64,000 nt of DNA from an uncultured Candidatus Saccharibacteria bacterium (GTDB lineage Bacteria; Patescibacteriota; Minisyncoccia; Phycocordibacterales; SBAW01), in assembly GCA_964482995.1 (NCBI GenBank), contig CAYZZC010000001.1, forward strand, positions 4,867-68,866, written 5' to 3'. Made by a program: the position numbers and the translations under genes. Shown piece by piece: positions 53,613 through 61,520 of the stretch (position 1 is its first letter; each line of letters opens with the position of its first letter). The notes beneath the pieces were generated by a model that saw only the letters and a list, made by a program, of their open reading frames with translations, had not been told where the DNA came from and made no database searches.

Positions 53613-54863
53613 ATGGCGAAGGCTAAAAAGGCAGCAAAAAAGCGTAGCCCAAAGCGCAAGAGTGTTAAGGCTAAAGCTAAAACATATCGCAAGGTTGCTG
53701 CAAAGCGCCGGGCTACTCTTGCACCAAAGAAATCTCTAAAAAAGGCAGTAAAGAAAGCACCGGAACCAAAGCTCTCACCAAAAGCGTCTAAGAAGGCAGA
53801 CGAGTTTAGCCGCAAAGCTGAAGCTTTGATGGACCGCGGCCGCCAGCGCGGGTTTGTTACCTATGACGAAATCTTAAAGAGCTTCCCCAATATCGAGACC
53901 GATGTCAATTTTTTGGAAGACCTGTACGAACGTTTTTCTACCGCACACATTGATGTGCTCGAAGGCGGCGGCATGCTAGAGATCGCCGAGGAGCCGGTAG
54001 AAAAGGGTTACTCCCGCTCAGACTCCTCTTACGACTCGATCCAGATGTATCTGCGCGAGATCGGCAAATACCCGCTCCTCAACGCGCAGTCTGAGCGCGA
54101 CTTAGCAAAGCGCATCGTAGAGGGCGACTCTGAGGCGCGCAACCTGCTTGCGCGCGCAAACTTGCGCCTCGTGGTTTCGATCGCCAAAAAATATGTAGGC
54201 CGCTCGCCCGACTTGACCCTGCTCGACCTGATCCAAGAGGGAAATATCGGTCTTTTTAAGGCGGTAGATAAATTTGATTACGAAAAGGGCTTCAAGTTTT
54301 CGACCTATGCGACATGGTGGATCCGCCAGGCTATCACCCGCGCGCTTGCCGACCAGTCGCGCACGATCCGCATCCCCGTGCACATGGTGGAGACGATCGC
54401 TAAGTATAAACAGGTTTCGCGCCGCCTCTCGCAGGAGCTTGGCCGCGACCCTTTGGCCGAGGAAATCGCTCTTGAGATGAATGTTGATGTAGAAAAGATC
54501 TACCAGATAGAGAAGATCGACCAAGACACTGTCTCGCTTGAAAGCCCGGTGGGGAGCGACGGGGATGACGACGGCAAATCAGTCCTCGGAGACTTTATCA
54601 AAGACGACAAGATCCTCTCGCCAGACCAAGAAGTGGCGCGCCGTATCTTGGCCGACCAACTGCAAGAGATTTTAGACGAGCTTTCTCCCAAAGAGCGCGA
54701 GATCTTGAAGCTGCGCCATGGTCTTGAGGACGGCATCTTCCACACGCTCGAGGAGGTAGGAAAGAAGTTTGGCGTTACGCGCGAGCGCATCCGCCAGATC
54801 GAGGCAAAAGCGCTTGAGCGCATCCGCACTCACGAAAAAGCTAAGCGCCTCAGGAGCTACTAA
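53613..54863 (+). CDS. rpoD: RNA polymerase sigma factor RpoD (sigma-70) with Lys-rich N-terminal extension
   Basis: Regions 2-4: [40 protein letters not shown], and the region 4.2 [27 protein letters not shown]. The first 60 aa are about 40% Lys/Arg. Confidence 0.9.
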   Translation: MAKAKKAAKKRSPKRKSVKAKAKTYRKVAAKRRATLAPKKSLKKAVKKAPEPKLSPKASKKADEFSRKAEALMDRGRQRGFVTYDEILKSFPNIETDVNFLEDLYERFSTAHIDVLEGGGMLEIAEEPVEKGYSRSDSSYDSIQMYLREIGKYPLLNAQSERDLAKRIVEGDSEARNLLARANLRLVVSIAKKYVGRSPDLTLLDLIQEGNIGLFKAVDKFDYEKGFKFSTYATWWIRQAITRALADQSRTIRIPVHMVETIAKYKQVSRRLSQELGRDPLAEEIALEMNVDVEKIYQIEKIDQDTVSLESPVGSDGDDDGKSVLGDFIKDDKILSPDQEVARRILADQLQEILDELSPKEREILKLRHGLEDGIFHTLEEVGKKFGVTRERIRQIEAKALERIRTHEKAKRLRSY

Positions 54864-56062
54864 CTAAGCGGAGCTACTTGGGCCCATAATACGCCCGCAA
54901 CGTTGCGCGGTGAGCCCTCAAAGGGGAGATGATGATTGTCAAAATAGGGGCGGCCGTTGCACTCGATCACCCCGCATTTAGTTTGCTCCTTCCATGAGCG
55001 GCTTATGTCGGCGGCTATAAAGTCGATCCCTACAATCGGCGCTTTAATCACGCGCGCTATTTCCTCAAATAGCAATTTATTCTCAGGATGGACTTCGTCA
55101 GTTACGTCTGTAGTAGTTCCTCCCACCGACCAATTGATTTTAGGATGTAGATTTACTATTTGCCCTAAGGCAGGGATCGACTCTAAAGCCATGTTTTGCC
55201 GTGCAAGCTCAGCGTGGAGAAGTGGCGCTATTTTTATATGCGAGTAGTAAGGCCCTTGTCGTTTGGGATGGGTGTTTGCAATATCAATCAACTGTGCCAC
55301 GGTGTGAGCGCCATCGCCGATAACCCGCGGAGGGTCTCGCCGGATCGTTGCGACAAGCTTGCCGCTCACCAATGTGGGGCGGTACACAGAGCCCGTAAGC
55401 TCCTCCTCAATAATAACTAATGGCGAAACTTGTTTTGCCGCTTTAAAAGCTCGCACGAGCTCCTCCTCGTTTTGTATATGTATAGTAGTGTGCCGCGATG
55501 CTGTGCCCTCGAACGGTTTTACAATCACTGGCTTCTCTAATGTGTTATAAATTTTTTTTGCCCCTTGCAGAGTAAAAACCGCGCTTCCTCTTGCAACCGG
55601 GATACCAAGCCGATTGAATTTCTTTTTCATAACCGATTTAGTGTCCACCCACCACACGGGTGGTTTAGTGCCTGGAGGAAACGGGATACTCTCAAAAGAG
55701 AAGCTGCCGTCAGTGTCGGTATAGACAAAACTGTTGGTAGGGAGCCCGAGGGGCCGAAACTCTCGCATAACAATGCCGCGTGCCGCAGCCTCTTCCCACA
55801 ATACCTGGCACAGCAAAAGGGTTTTATTGTCGGGCTTGTCTAAAAACTCTCCTAGTCCAAAACGCTCAAACAGCTTATACCAATCTATATATTTTTTCTT
55901 TTTTATACCTATATTAAGCCAACCACCTCCTGCATATAGCGCAGAGTGGAAAAAAGGCGTCGCGGCTATGTCGACTAAACGCATAGCATACTCCAGAGGG
56001 TGATTGACCGGGTCGCCCCCGCACTCAGAGCACTCTTTTGGGGTAGGCAACACTAGCCGCAT
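54860..56062 (-). CDS. ATP-grasp protein resembling the N-terminal (G-domain) half of cyanophycin synthetase, stand-alone
   Basis: [19 protein letters not shown]...[17 protein letters not shown]...[13 protein letters not shown] resembles the CphA ATP-grasp region. 400 aa, with no Mur-ligase-like C-terminal half. Confidence 0.5.
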   Translation of the reverse strand: MRLVLPTPKECSECGGDPVNHPLEYAMRLVDIAATPFFHSALYAGGGWLNIGIKKKKYIDWYKLFERFGLGEFLDKPDNKTLLLCQVLWEEAAARGIVMREFRPLGLPTNSFVYTDTDGSFSFESIPFPPGTKPPVWWVDTKSVMKKKFNRLGIPVARGSAVFTLQGAKKIYNTLEKPVIVKPFEGTASRHTTIHIQNEEELVRAFKAAKQVSPLVIIEEELTGSVYRPTLVSGKLVATIRRDPPRVIGDGAHTVAQLIDIANTHPKRQGPYYSHIKIAPLLHAELARQNMALESIPALGQIVNLHPKINWSVGGTTTDVTDEVHPENKLLFEEIARVIKAPIVGIDFIAADISRSWKEQTKCGVIECNGRPYFDNHHLPFEGSPRNVAGVLWAQVAPLS

Positions 56063-56129
56063 ATCCTTGTAGTATAAGCTTTTTTAACCACTCTCAAAAT
56101 ATATATGGCCTTTGTTATACTGGCCTTAT

Positions 56130-56951
56130 ATGGCACCTAAGAAAGACCTCCCGATTAAGCACTGGAGCCACTCTTCTTTAATGGCTTTTTTGCGCAACCC
56201 GCTTGCCTGGTATAAGCGCTATGTTGAGGAGATATACGACACCCCTTCTGGCCCCTCTGCGGTGGTGGGGAAGGCGGCGCACGTGGCTCTGCAGCACTTT
56301 TATGGGGGGATCGGGAAGGAGGGGGCCACCGCACTTGGGCTCGAGGCTCTGCGCGCAGTACACGACTTTGAAATTAATTTTGGCAAAGCAAAAACACGCA
56401 GCGCAAAAAAGAAAAAGCGCGAGCATATGGAGCGCGAATATGTGCAGGTTGTCGGTTTTTATCTCGCCCGGCCGCCAAAACACAAGGTGCTCGGGGTGGA
56501 GGTAAAAGGGCTGGTTGAGGTTGAGGGGCTGCCTCTGCCGCTTAAAGCTGTTTCTGACCTGGTGGTGCGCTCAAAGGTAGACCCTCGCGGGGTCGATATT
56601 GTAGACCACAAGTTTGTCGATGCGTTTAGCTCCACGCGCGAGCGTAAGGCACTCTTCGTGATCCAAGCGATTTTTAACTACTACACGGTTAAGGAAAAAT
56701 TTGGCAAGCCTGTGCGGCGCTTTGTGGTGTATGAGTGCAAGAAGTCAAAAAATGCCGATGGCAGATCGCAAATGCGCCGCTATGTGATCGACTATCGCGA
56801 GCACAAAGAGGAGTTCTCTCTCTTCCACCGGCTGATCAAAGACGCGACAGCCGAGATAGCACGCGAGCGTATCTACTTACCTAACCCCTCTGATATGTTT
56901 GAGGGGGAAAACTCTTTCGACATCTATCGTCTGGGTTTGATAGAGGAGTAA
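56130..56951 (+). CDS. PD-(D/E)XK nuclease superfamily protein (RecB/Cas4-like core, no Fe-S cysteines)
   Basis: N-terminal WSHSSLMAFLRNPLAWYKRY. GKAAHVALQ, D...VDIVDHK (D/ExK) and QAIFNYY (QxxxY) motifs. Confidence 0.55.
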   Translation: MAPKKDLPIKHWSHSSLMAFLRNPLAWYKRYVEEIYDTPSGPSAVVGKAAHVALQHFYGGIGKEGATALGLEALRAVHDFEINFGKAKTRSAKKKKREHMEREYVQVVGFYLARPPKHKVLGVEVKGLVEVEGLPLPLKAVSDLVVRSKVDPRGVDIVDHKFVDAFSSTRERKALFVIQAIFNYYTVKEKFGKPVRRFVVYECKKSKNADGRSQMRRYVIDYREHKEEFSLFHRLIKDATAEIARERIYLPNPSDMFEGENSFDIYRLGLIEE

Positions 56952-57017
56952 CAAAAGAAAATTCCTTGCTCCGGAGAGATATACGGCACTCCTGCGCAAG
57001 AAATATTTCTTTTGTTA
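56949..57017. repeat. Long hairpin element with conserved core CGGAGAGATATACGGCACTCCTGC (copy 1) spanning both convergent stop codons
   Basis: Arms GTAACAAAAGAAA.../...TTTCTTTTGTTAC flank a 26-nt core that recurs at 60447-60472. Confidence 0.75.
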
Positions 57018-57719
57018 CTGGGTGGTTGCTGGAGTATCGCTCACGCCTTCGAGTACGGCATCAATCGCTGCACGCATAGAGTCGTACGGCTGGTTGCCGT
57101 TTAGAGTCACTGCCTCATTGCCAACCATCACCAGTGTAAACGGTGTGCCCTGAGCGCCGAGCTTAATAGCCTCCGTGTACGAGTCGGCTACTTTTTTAGC
57201 AAATTTGTTGCTCGAGAGGCAGGCGTTGAATGTCTCTACATTAAGCCCAACATCTTTGGCAATGACGGGCAGTTGCGCCAGGTCGAGACCATTGTTTGAG
57301 GGGGTTACCTCAAACACCCGGTCGATAAATTTAAAGTAAGCGGTGTTGCCTCCTTGATCGGCTGCGCACTCCGCCGCTTGAGCCTCTTGCGGAGCCTTAG
57401 GATGGACGCTTGCGAGTGGGAAGTGGCGCGAAACCCACGCAACCTTGCCCGATGCGCCGTAGAACTCCATAACCTTATGCATCGTTGTTTGGAATGTCTT
57501 GCAGTGCAGGCACTCAAGGTCATAGTACTCGACTACCTTAACTGGTGCGTCAGGGTTGCCGAGGATGTGGTCGACAGCTGGGTCATAAGGACGAGCAGTG
57601 ACCCCGCTTGTGGAGCCGCCTGGTGTAGGGACGCTCGTTTTACCAACCAAGAACACTGCTCCTGCTATAAGCACACCTGCGACGACGATAGTAATAGGCA
57701 ATACGTATTGGCTGTTCAT
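57015..57719 (-). CDS. DsbA-like thiol:disulfide oxidoreductase, membrane-anchored
   Basis: N-terminal TM helix. Thioredoxin-fold CxxC (YYDLECLHCKTFQ). DsbA-like length and helical insertion. Confidence 0.7.
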   Translation of the reverse strand: MNSQYVLPITIVVAGVLIAGAVFLVGKTSVPTPGGSTSGVTARPYDPAVDHILGNPDAPVKVVEYYDLECLHCKTFQTTMHKVMEFYGASGKVAWVSRHFPLASVHPKAPQEAQAAECAADQGGNTAYFKFIDRVFEVTPSNNGLDLAQLPVIAKDVGLNVETFNACLSSNKFAKKVADSYTEAIKLGAQGTPFTLVMVGNEAVTLNGNQPYDSMRAAIDAVLEGVSDTPATTQ

Positions 57720-57743
57720 ATAAGTGTATAGTAACTCCTTCTA

Positions 57744-58313
57744 TTAAAACGGCAAGGTGTGGGTGAGAGAGTTGCCTGCCTGTGCCTCCCACTGGCTTGT
57801 GTCGAGTTTTATTTCTCTCGGGCCCTCATAATCCATATATTTGAGCGAGTTGTTTTTGCGCGCATAGTCGTAGATTTCTTTAGTAATCCGTACATCGTCT
57901 AAGCAGTACTCGCGGACCTTCTCGAAATTGCCTTCTGCCCACCATTTTTGCGCATCCATACCGTGGCCGATTTTACCTTTGCCAAGCGTCCCCTCGGCAA
58001 CGCTGTCGAGCCTGAGCCTGCGGCCCAAAACATTTTTAATCTCTTTGAGCAGGTCCAAACTTTTTATTTTGGTGAGGTCGCCAGTGTAATACTTGTTGAG
58101 TATCGGGATATCAAAGTGGTCGGAGTTGTAGCCTATAAGCATGTCGGCCTGCTCAAACAAAGGCCACATCTGCGAGAGTTCATCCCGCAAAAAGCTTGAG
58201 TATTGGTCTGTGAGAGAGTCGTGCACACCAACAACCGTTACCTCTTGGTTAGAGAGGTCGCCGTTTGGCCCAAAGTCGCCAATTGTTTCAATATCAAAGG
58301 TGATGCGTCTCAT
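57744..58313 (-). CDS. DEDDy-type 3'-5' exonuclease (PolB-exonuclease-like, COG3359-like)
   Basis: Exo I FDIET, Exo II YNSDHFDIPIL, Exo III YCLDDV. Confidence 0.65.
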   Translation of the reverse strand: MRRITFDIETIGDFGPNGDLSNQEVTVVGVHDSLTDQYSSFLRDELSQMWPLFEQADMLIGYNSDHFDIPILNKYYTGDLTKIKSLDLLKEIKNVLGRRLRLDSVAEGTLGKGKIGHGMDAQKWWAEGNFEKVREYCLDDVRITKEIYDYARKNNSLKYMDYEGPREIKLDTSQWEAQAGNSLTHTLPF

Positions 58314-58332
58314 AAAGGGAAGCAGGATTATG

Positions 58333-59580
58333 CTAACGCGTGCTAAAGAAGCTGGTTAGCTGCTCGCGCGAAAGAGCGTGCTCCTCGCCGGTTTCAAGAT
58401 CTTTAACATTAAAGCTGTTGCTTGCAAGCTCGTCCTCGCCGACCACCAAGAGATATGGAATTTTGTGCTTGGTAGCGGTTTTGATCTGGTCGGCAAGCTT
58501 TTTCTCGCCGAAGTCTACCGCCACCCCCACATTGCCCTGGCGCAGCGTACTGGCAACTGTTAGTGCGGCTCCTACCAGCGCCTCAGACGTCAAAGCAATA
58601 TACACTTTGGTTGGAGGGAGATAGGTCGGTAGGAGGTTGCGTACCTCAAGAAAGTTGCGCAGCGTCTCATCTCCTGCAGCAACACCAACCGCAGGGACAT
58701 CAGTGTCGTCGAACAACGCCAATAGGTTATCGTAACGCCCGCCGCCAAACAGCGCGCGGTTATTGTCGGGGTGGTTGTCGAACAGCTCAAACACCACGCC
58801 GGTGTAGTAGTCGAAGCCGCGCACTATGCTTGGGTCAAAGACAGCGTTGGTGATGCCAAACCCCTCAAGGAGGGCCATAACCTCGCGGACATCCTGCGGC
58901 GGCTTCTCTGGTGAGAGCATCTCTATCGCGACACCGATCTCTGCAATGTCTCGCTCAAAGTCGCCTGCGGGCATTTTGGCACGGCGGTCGAGTAGTGTGC
59001 GCAATTTTTTAGCCTGATCCTGGTTAAGACCGAGTGTCTCAACTACCTGGTCTAAAAAGGCGCGGCTCCCCAGCTTTATTGTAAAGTCATCCTGTGAGGC
59101 ACCAAGCGCCAGCATGATTGCGTGCGAGACAGCGATAACCTCTGCATCGGCAGCGAGGCTCGAGCTACCGAAGATGTCGACATTTAACTGCCAAAACTCG
59201 CGCAGGCGGCCGCGCTGCGGCCGCTCGTAGCGAAAGCAATTAGGGATCGAGTACCACCTCAGTGGGTACCCGAGCTCGCGGCGCTTGGCTGCCACCATGC
59301 GCGCTACTGTTGGGGTCATCTCCGGCCGGAGCGTTACCTCGCGCTCTCCGCGGTCGACAAAGGTGTAGGTCTGCTCGCTCACGATCTCCTCATTTTCAGA
59401 ACCTTTTGCTTTGTAGAGTTCAGAAGGCTCAAGGATCGAGGCGTTGTACTCGACATAGCCCCAGCGCTCGAGCGTTGAGCGGAAGGTCATAAAAAGATAA
59501 TTGAGAAATGCCTGGTCCTCTGGATAAAAGTCGCGCACTCCTTTGTAGGGCTCGGTAGATAGTTTTTCTTTTTTGGTCAT
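58333..59580 (-). CDS. hisS: Histidine--tRNA ligase
   Basis: Class IIa motifs and HisRS-specific RYSIPNCFRYERPQRGRLREFWQLNVDIFG. Start taken at MTKKEK (59580), which removes the overlap with divergent truB. Confidence 0.9.
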   Translation of the reverse strand: MTKKEKLSTEPYKGVRDFYPEDQAFLNYLFMTFRSTLERWGYVEYNASILEPSELYKAKGSENEEIVSEQTYTFVDRGEREVTLRPEMTPTVARMVAAKRRELGYPLRWYSIPNCFRYERPQRGRLREFWQLNVDIFGSSSLAADAEVIAVSHAIMLALGASQDDFTIKLGSRAFLDQVVETLGLNQDQAKKLRTLLDRRAKMPAGDFERDIAEIGVAIEMLSPEKPPQDVREVMALLEGFGITNAVFDPSIVRGFDYYTGVVFELFDNHPDNNRALFGGGRYDNLLALFDDTDVPAVGVAAGDETLRNFLEVRNLLPTYLPPTKVYIALTSEALVGAALTVASTLRQGNVGVAVDFGEKKLADQIKTATKHKIPYLLVVGEDELASNSFNVKDLETGEEHALSREQLTSFFSTR

Positions 59581-59623
59581 ATATTTGGTGTAAACCCGCT
59601 TCGTAGAGTATAGTCTAGCAGAA

Positions 59624-60427
59624 ATGTCAGCGCTAGAGAATTTGTCCGGCGAGGTGCTCAACCTCTATAAACAGATAGGCGAGACCCCCCGCGAGCGCCT
59701 AGAGCGCCTGCGCCAGCAAAAGCCCTACTACGCGCACGAGGTGCTCTCCTATGCAGGGCGGCTCGACCCGATGGCCGAGGGCGTCTTGTTGTGCCTGGTT
59801 GGCTCGGCCAACAAAAACCGGGAGGCGTATCTCGACATGGCCAAGGAGTATACGCTCGATGTGCTGTTTGGCTTCTCTACCGACACCTACGATGTGCTCG
59901 GGCGGGTGATGGACACGGGAGATGTTTCAAAGATACGCCCCAGTGCAATTAAAAAAGCATTAAATGAGTTTCGCGGCACGCTGTCGCAAGAGTATCCGCC
60001 GTTTTCCTCGAAGACTGTGCAGGGGAAGGCGCTGTTTGAGTGGGCGCGTAGCGGGGCGCTAGCTTCGATCATGCTCCCGCAGCGCACGGTGATCGTCTAC
60101 GACATTACTCTTGAGGGTGTGTACAAGATTTCTGAAAGTGATCTTTTTTCATATATCGAAGAGCATGTAGAAAAGGTGCAGGGAGATTTTAGACAAGAGG
60201 AGGTGATGCGGCTCTGGAAGCGCAAACTGCACAAAGAAACTGCTCCGCCAAGCGGCAAGGCGGGGCGCGAGTTCCCCTGCGCCACGATCAAGATCTCCTG
60301 CTCCTCTGGCACCTACGCGCGCTCAATAGCCAACGGGCTGGGGAAGGAGCTTGGCGTCCCCGCGCTTGCGCTCCATATCCTCCGCAACAAAGTGGGGGAG
60401 TTTAGTGTCGAAAACTCCCTTAAATAA
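59624..60427 (+). CDS. truB: tRNA pseudouridine(55) synthase
   Basis: AGRLDPMAEGVLLCLVG carries the catalytic Asp in the TruB motif. PPFSSKTVQGKALFEWAR. Confidence 0.85.
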   Translation: MSALENLSGEVLNLYKQIGETPRERLERLRQQKPYYAHEVLSYAGRLDPMAEGVLLCLVGSANKNREAYLDMAKEYTLDVLFGFSTDTYDVLGRVMDTGDVSKIRPSAIKKALNEFRGTLSQEYPPFSSKTVQGKALFEWARSGALASIMLPQRTVIVYDITLEGVYKISESDLFSYIEEHVEKVQGDFRQEEVMRLWKRKLHKETAPPSGKAGREFPCATIKISCSSGTYARSIANGLGKELGVPALALHILRNKVGEFSVENSLK

Positions 60428-60497
60428 AATAATAAAAACCCTTTGTTACGGAGAGATATACCGCACTCCTGCACAAAGGGTTTTTATTATTTTATTT
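60422..60497. repeat. Long hairpin element, copy 2: perfect 25-bp inverted arms flanking the conserved 26-nt core
   Basis: AAATAAAATAATAAAAACCCTTTGT-core-ACAAAGGGTTTTTATTATTTTATTT. The arms are exact reverse complements. It lies between convergent truB and nrdB. Confidence 0.8.
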
Positions 60498-61493
60498 TTA
60501 CCAATCCAACTCTCCTGTCTTATATTCTGTAACGCGGGTTTCGAAGAAGTTTTTCTCCTTTGGCATGTCCGCTATCTCACTCATCCAAGGAAATGGGTTG
60601 TCGACATGGTACTGGCGCTCTAGCCCAATGCGCTCTAAACGCCTGTCGGCCACATGCTCGACATATTGCTTAACCGAGGCAGGGGCTAGGCCAAGCACCC
60701 CGCGTGGCAGTGCATCGTCTGCATATTTTTTCTCAAGCTCAACGCCCTTTTTAATATTGTCGACAAGTGTTTGCTTAAACTCAGGTGTCCAGATCTCCGG
60801 GTTTTCTTGCACAATAGTGTTGATAAGGTCGGCACCAAAGGCAAGGTGTACCGACTCGTCGCGAAGGATAAACTGGAACTGCTCGCCCACCCCCACCATG
60901 CGGTTTTTGCGGAGCATCGAGAGCATCATGGCAAACCCCGCGTAAAAGAAGATCCCCTCCATGATCACATAAAAGCCCACGAGGTCGTGCACAAACTTCT
61001 GGATGTTCTCGGTGCCTTCAGTAGTAAAGTTTGGGTCAAACACCGATTTGGTGATGTTAACCACAAAGTCATCCTTCTCTTTGATAGAGGGGATAGTGAG
61101 GTACATATTATAGATCTCGTCTGGGTCGAGGCCGAGCGTGTCGCAGCTGTAGATAAAAGTGTCGGTGTGTACCGCCTCCTCGTAGGCTTGGCGCAGGAGA
61201 TATTGGCGCGCCTCAGGGTTGGTGATGTGGCGATAGATCGCGAGCACGAGGTTGTTGGCAGTGAGAGACTCGGCGGTAGAGAAAAAGCCGAGGTTCCAGA
61301 GGATCATGCGGCGCTCGTCTTCGCTAAGGCCTCCTTGCTTCTTCCAGAGCTCAACATCTTGCTGCATGGAGACCTCCTCTGGCACCCAGTTGTTCGCCAC
61401 GCCTTTTTTATAGTGCGTGCGCGCCCATGGATACTTCATCGGTAATATTTTGTTCGGGTCGGTAGTCGACGCGCCGTTTATGATGCCAGCCAT
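60498..61493 (-). CDS. nrdB: Ribonucleotide reductase class I beta subunit
   Basis: Ferritin-like di-iron ligand helices (EAVHTDTF, ESVHLAFG). 331 aa. Confidence 0.9.
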   Translation of the reverse strand: MAGIINGASTTDPNKILPMKYPWARTHYKKGVANNWVPEEVSMQQDVELWKKQGGLSEDERRMILWNLGFFSTAESLTANNLVLAIYRHITNPEARQYLLRQAYEEAVHTDTFIYSCDTLGLDPDEIYNMYLTIPSIKEKDDFVVNITKSVFDPNFTTEGTENIQKFVHDLVGFYVIMEGIFFYAGFAMMLSMLRKNRMVGVGEQFQFILRDESVHLAFGADLINTIVQENPEIWTPEFKQTLVDNIKKGVELEKKYADDALPRGVLGLAPASVKQYVEHVADRRLERIGLERQYHVDNPFPWMSEIADMPKEKNFFETRVTEYKTGELDW

Positions 61494-61520
61494 ATGTGAG
61501 AACTATTGTATGCGGTTAAT

